Shown here: in pieces, positions 26,468 to 29,820 of the stretch | Layout: every line of letters starts with the position of its first letter | Position numbering within the stretch: the first letter of the stretch is position 1 | Assembly: GCA_018238545.1 (NCBI GenBank) | Contig: JABCTC010000040.1 | Location: forward strand, 1 to 29,820 | Length of the DNA: 29,820 nt | Direction: 5' to 3' | Source: Candidatus Heimdallarchaeota archaeon | GTDB lineage: Archaea > Asgardarchaeota > Heimdallarchaeia > Heimdallarchaeales > Heimdallarchaeaceae | Notes under the pieces: generated by a model | Databases searched by the model: none | What the model saw: the letters and a program-made list of their open reading frames with translations, nothing else | What the model was told of the DNA's origin: nothing | Program-made: the position numbers and the translations under genes

Positions 26468-27289
26468 ATGAGTGAGAGTACACAAAAGTGCCCAAGTTGT
26501 TCTGAGACTGTACCATTAGAATATTCTGTATGCCCTTTTTGTGGATTTGGTTTATTAGAATATGAACTTAAAAAATTTTCATTCAAGCCTAAGCTAAAAG
26601 AAGTATTTATTCGGATATATTCCTTTTTCAGAAGACCTTTCAAAACAAGTGAAGAATTTGGTGTTGCTACAGAATCCAAAGGTACAAACATATTATTGCT
26701 TTTATTCTCGTTATTCTTATCTCTCAGATATTATGTAGTTATTTTGAAAGCTAATCTTGATTATGCATTTATAGTTGTAATCGGAAATCCAGAAAAATTC
26801 CATATTTCACTTTCTATGGGATTAATACTGTTTTTGGTAACTTTACTTCTAATGCCCTTAATTGTGTGGATAATATACAAACTGCTTTTTGTTCTCGGAA
26901 CTTGGCTAATGTCAAAGTTTGCTAATATGCTTGGATCTGAAACAACAAAGAAACAATATCGAACCATTATAGGCTATGCAATTACACCAATTGTTATAGG
27001 TGAATTTCTAGGTATTCTTTTTACTTTGATAGGACCTTCTGGTTCTTTAGGATCTACAGGTGGGATAAGCTTTGATGAATTTGCATCTTATGTAACGAAT
27101 TTATACACCTCGCCCGTTATGCTAGTCTTCAAAATACTGATGATTATTATGTGGGTTATCATGATAATTTATTCAACAATTGGCTTGCGTGTGGTTGGAC
27201 AAATGAATTGGATTTCTGCAGCACTTTCCACTACTTTGCCCATCGCCATTTTTGTTTATTTCTTCTATTTCCTCAATCTTTTTGGATGA
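26468..27289 (+). CDS. Zn-ribbon + Yip1-domain membrane protein
   Basis: CPSC..CPFCG, RPFKT, LG......YRTIIGYAITP, about 5 TM. Confidence 0.75.
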   Translation: MSESTQKCPSCSETVPLEYSVCPFCGFGLLEYELKKFSFKPKLKEVFIRIYSFFRRPFKTSEEFGVATESKGTNILLLLFSLFLSLRYYVVILKANLDYAFIVVIGNPEKFHISLSMGLILFLVTLLLMPLIVWIIYKLLFVLGTWLMSKFANMLGSETTKKQYRTIIGYAITPIVIGEFLGILFTLIGPSGSLGSTGGISFDEFASYVTNLYTSPVMLVFKILMIIMWVIMIIYSTIGLRVVGQMNWISAALSTTLPIAIFVYFFYFLNLFG

Positions 27290-27387
27290 GGAAAATTACC
27301 CTTCTTTTCTATTGTTTTTTAATACTCGATATATGTGCTCTAGAAAAGGTTTTGAATGAAGGAGAGGAATATTTTTGAGGACGTTCA

Positions 27388-28389
27388 ATGAAAGAAGGAA
27401 AAAAGCCTTCCCTGAAAGATATAGGTGAGAAACAATTTTTATCAAAAATCTCTCAGTATGTTGACACTCCTCTCATAGATTTTAATGACGATGCTTCTGC
27501 AATTGAATTGCAATCAGGAGAACTATTAGTAATTAATGTAGATATGTTAGTTCAAGGAACTGATGTGTTACCAGGAATGTCCTCTCTTCAAATTGGTAAG
27601 AAAGCAGTAACTATGTCAGTTAGCGACATTATAGCAAAGGGAGTAACGCCAATAGGTTGTTTGGCTAGTGTTGGTTTTTCTTCAGAGATAACTATTGATG
27701 AAGCAGAGACAATAATTCAAGGCATTAAGGAACAATGTTCATTATATGGATGCTTGTTTTTAGGAGGGGATTTAAACGAAAGCAAGGAAACAATCGTGGA
27801 CATAGTTACTTTTGGTACTTGTAGTAAAACCAATCTTGTCCTGCGGAAAGGTGCAGTTTCAGGAGATATACTGTATTCAACTGGTTTGTTTGGTTTTACT
27901 GCTATAGGTTTTGAAATGCTACTCAATGAAAAATTTGTTGAAGACTCTTTCAGAAAAAAAATACTTGAATCTGTCTATGAACCACTCGCAAAAATAGAAT
28001 TTCTTGATATTTTGCAAGAGTTACCTATCAAAATCTGCATGGATAGTTCTGATGGACTTCTAGTTACTCTAACTGATCTTTCATTTTTAAACAATCTTGG
28101 AATTAATATAACTAATATTCCTATTCAACCAGAAGCTAAGGGTTTCGCAGAAAAAAATGGTATTAACCCTCTAGATTTAGTCTTTAGAGGTGGAGAAGAA
28201 TTTGATTTAATTTTTTCTGTGTCTCCTGATTTTACAGAAATTATTGAAAAACAAGTTGCAAATATGGGTCTTGCAATATATAGAATAGGTTTTTTTGATG
28301 AGAATCTTAAAGGACTAACCATAACTGATGATGCTTTTAGTCACTATAAATTTCCAGAAAGTGGGTTTGAACATTTTACAGATAAGTAG
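27388..28389 (+). CDS. thiL: Thiamine-monophosphate kinase
   Basis: IGE, NDDA, VDMLV, SDIIAKG, GGDLN, MDSSDGL, GGEEFDLIF, GFEHF. Confidence 0.93.
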   Translation: MKEGKKPSLKDIGEKQFLSKISQYVDTPLIDFNDDASAIELQSGELLVINVDMLVQGTDVLPGMSSLQIGKKAVTMSVSDIIAKGVTPIGCLASVGFSSEITIDEAETIIQGIKEQCSLYGCLFLGGDLNESKETIVDIVTFGTCSKTNLVLRKGAVSGDILYSTGLFGFTAIGFEMLLNEKFVEDSFRKKILESVYEPLAKIEFLDILQELPIKICMDSSDGLLVTLTDLSFLNNLGINITNIPIQPEAKGFAEKNGINPLDLVFRGGEEFDLIFSVSPDFTEIIEKQVANMGLAIYRIGFFDENLKGLTITDDAFSHYKFPESGFEHFTDK

Positions 28390-28444
28390 TGATATACTGA
28401 CAAAAAGTGTTTAATAACGAAGTTAAATTTATCTTTTGATTATC

Positions 28445-29695
28445 ATGCCAAAGATAACAAAGATTATCGCAAGAGAAATTTTGGATTCAAGAGGAAATCC
28501 AACCGTTGAAGTGGATCTTTTTACAACTGAAGGTTTTGGTAGAGCACTAGTTCCTTCTGGAGCTTCAACTGGAGAACACGAAGTTTTAGAATTACGAGAT
28601 AAGGATGAACGTTTTCTAGGAAAAGGTGTGAAGAAAGCTGTAAAAAATGTTATGGAACTTATTGCACCAAAATTGATAGGTGAAGAAGTTACAAACCAAG
28701 AAAATATAGATAAAATAATGCTTGAGCTAGATGGAACTGAAAACAAATCCAAACTTGGTGCAAATGCTATGCTTGGCGTTTCTTTAGCTGCTAGTAAAGC
28801 TGCTGCGAATGGTTTGAAATTACCGCTATATGCATATTTAAACAGTGATGCTACAACAATTCCGGTTCCCATGTTAAACGTAATAAATGGTGGTAAACAT
28901 GCTGGAGGTCACCTAAAGATTCAAGAATTTATGCTTATACCACATGGATTTAAAAAATACAGTGAAGCATTGCGTGCTGGTTGTGAAGTTTACCAAGTTT
29001 TGAAGAAAAATCTAAAGAAGTTTGGTCCTTCGGCAATAAACCTTGGAGATGAAGGAGGATTTGGAAGCCCTGTAGATACTGCACTTGAAGCACTACAAAT
29101 GCTAGTTGATGCAATAAAAGATGCAAAATATATTCCTGGGCAAGAAATCTCAATTGGTTTGGATTCTGCAGCTGCTGAATTCTATTCAGATGGACTATAT
29201 GAAGTAGATGGCAAAAAACTAACTGGAGATGAATTAGTTGATTATTATATTGACCTAGTTGAGAAATATCCTATTATCTCACTTGAAGATCCTTTTGATG
29301 AAAATGATTTTGAATCATTTGCAAAACTTCATGAGAAACTTCCAAAAATTTCAGTTGTTGCTGATGATTTAACTGTAACAAACCCTAAACGAATCCAGAT
29401 GGCAATAGACAAAAAAGCTGCCAATTATCTATTACTCAAAGTTAATCAGATTGGAACTTTAACTGAATCCTTACAAGCAGCAGAACTTGCACGAAGTGAT
29501 GGTTGGGGGATAAATATGTCACATAGGTCAGGAGAAACAGAAGATACGTTTATTGCAGATTTAGCCGTTGCGATGGGTGCTGAACGAATTAAAACAGGTG
29601 CACCAGCTCGTGGTGAACGCACAGCAAAATATAATCAACTTCTAAGAATTGAAGAAGAATTAGGTGAAAAAGCAAAATATTTAGGTAACAAATAA
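28445..29695 (+). CDS. eno: Enolase
   Basis: [59 protein letters not shown] at 28445. Confidence 0.98.
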   Translation: MPKITKIIAREILDSRGNPTVEVDLFTTEGFGRALVPSGASTGEHEVLELRDKDERFLGKGVKKAVKNVMELIAPKLIGEEVTNQENIDKIMLELDGTENKSKLGANAMLGVSLAASKAAANGLKLPLYAYLNSDATTIPVPMLNVINGGKHAGGHLKIQEFMLIPHGFKKYSEALRAGCEVYQVLKKNLKKFGPSAINLGDEGGFGSPVDTALEALQMLVDAIKDAKYIPGQEISIGLDSAAAEFYSDGLYEVDGKKLTGDELVDYYIDLVEKYPIISLEDPFDENDFESFAKLHEKLPKISVVADDLTVTNPKRIQMAIDKKAANYLLLKVNQIGTLTESLQAAELARSDGWGINMSHRSGETEDTFIADLAVAMGAERIKTGAPARGERTAKYNQLLRIEEELGEKAKYLGNK

Positions 29696-29820
29696 TCTTT
29701 CTACAATTCCTTTCTTATTTTATAATAAATTTTTGTCTTGTAGTCATATTAGCTACAATTGTATCAGTTTAAATGGATGGGTTAAAGTGAATATTACGGG
29801 AGTTTTTATAAGAATCTCTA

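Noticed and set aside
951-29153. Numerous short antisense or overlapping ORFs in the track (e.g. 951-1283, 14816-15145, 26374-26691, 28429-28872)
   Set aside because: They are shadows of well-supported genes and have no motifs of their own.

Overview
This is a low-GC archaeal chromosomal window, most likely from an Asgard archaeon (Heimdallarchaeia-like; inferred from eS26, archaeal uS19, TrmY/TrmI, a BHB-intron tRNA, C-terminally anchored surface proteins and a presenilin with eukaryote-like motifs). It opens with the 3' end of an IS200/IS605-type tnpB, followed by uvrB-uvrC, a surface protein, a tandem Lrp-like regulator and a MacB/FtsX-type ABC system. Next come a DUF151-like protein, a CbrT-like ECF S component with a DUF4430 protein (probable B12 uptake), presenilin, rps19, PadR, rps26e and trmY. 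The middle holds an Fe-S/ferredoxin/3beta-HSD(NSDHL)-like operon, a COG2403 P-loop enzyme (arginine-synthetase-like), trmI and an orphan A/V-ATPase subunit E. The window ends with several membrane proteins, an intron-containing tRNA-Arg(TCG), a Zn-ribbon/Yip1 protein, thiL and eno. The most unusual unexplained feature is at about 22850-24050: a membrane-protein gene bracketed by an exact 13-bp direct repeat and an outer 7-bp inverted repeat, with GC-rich structured non-coding segments on both sides. All calls come from reading motifs by eye; no searches were run.
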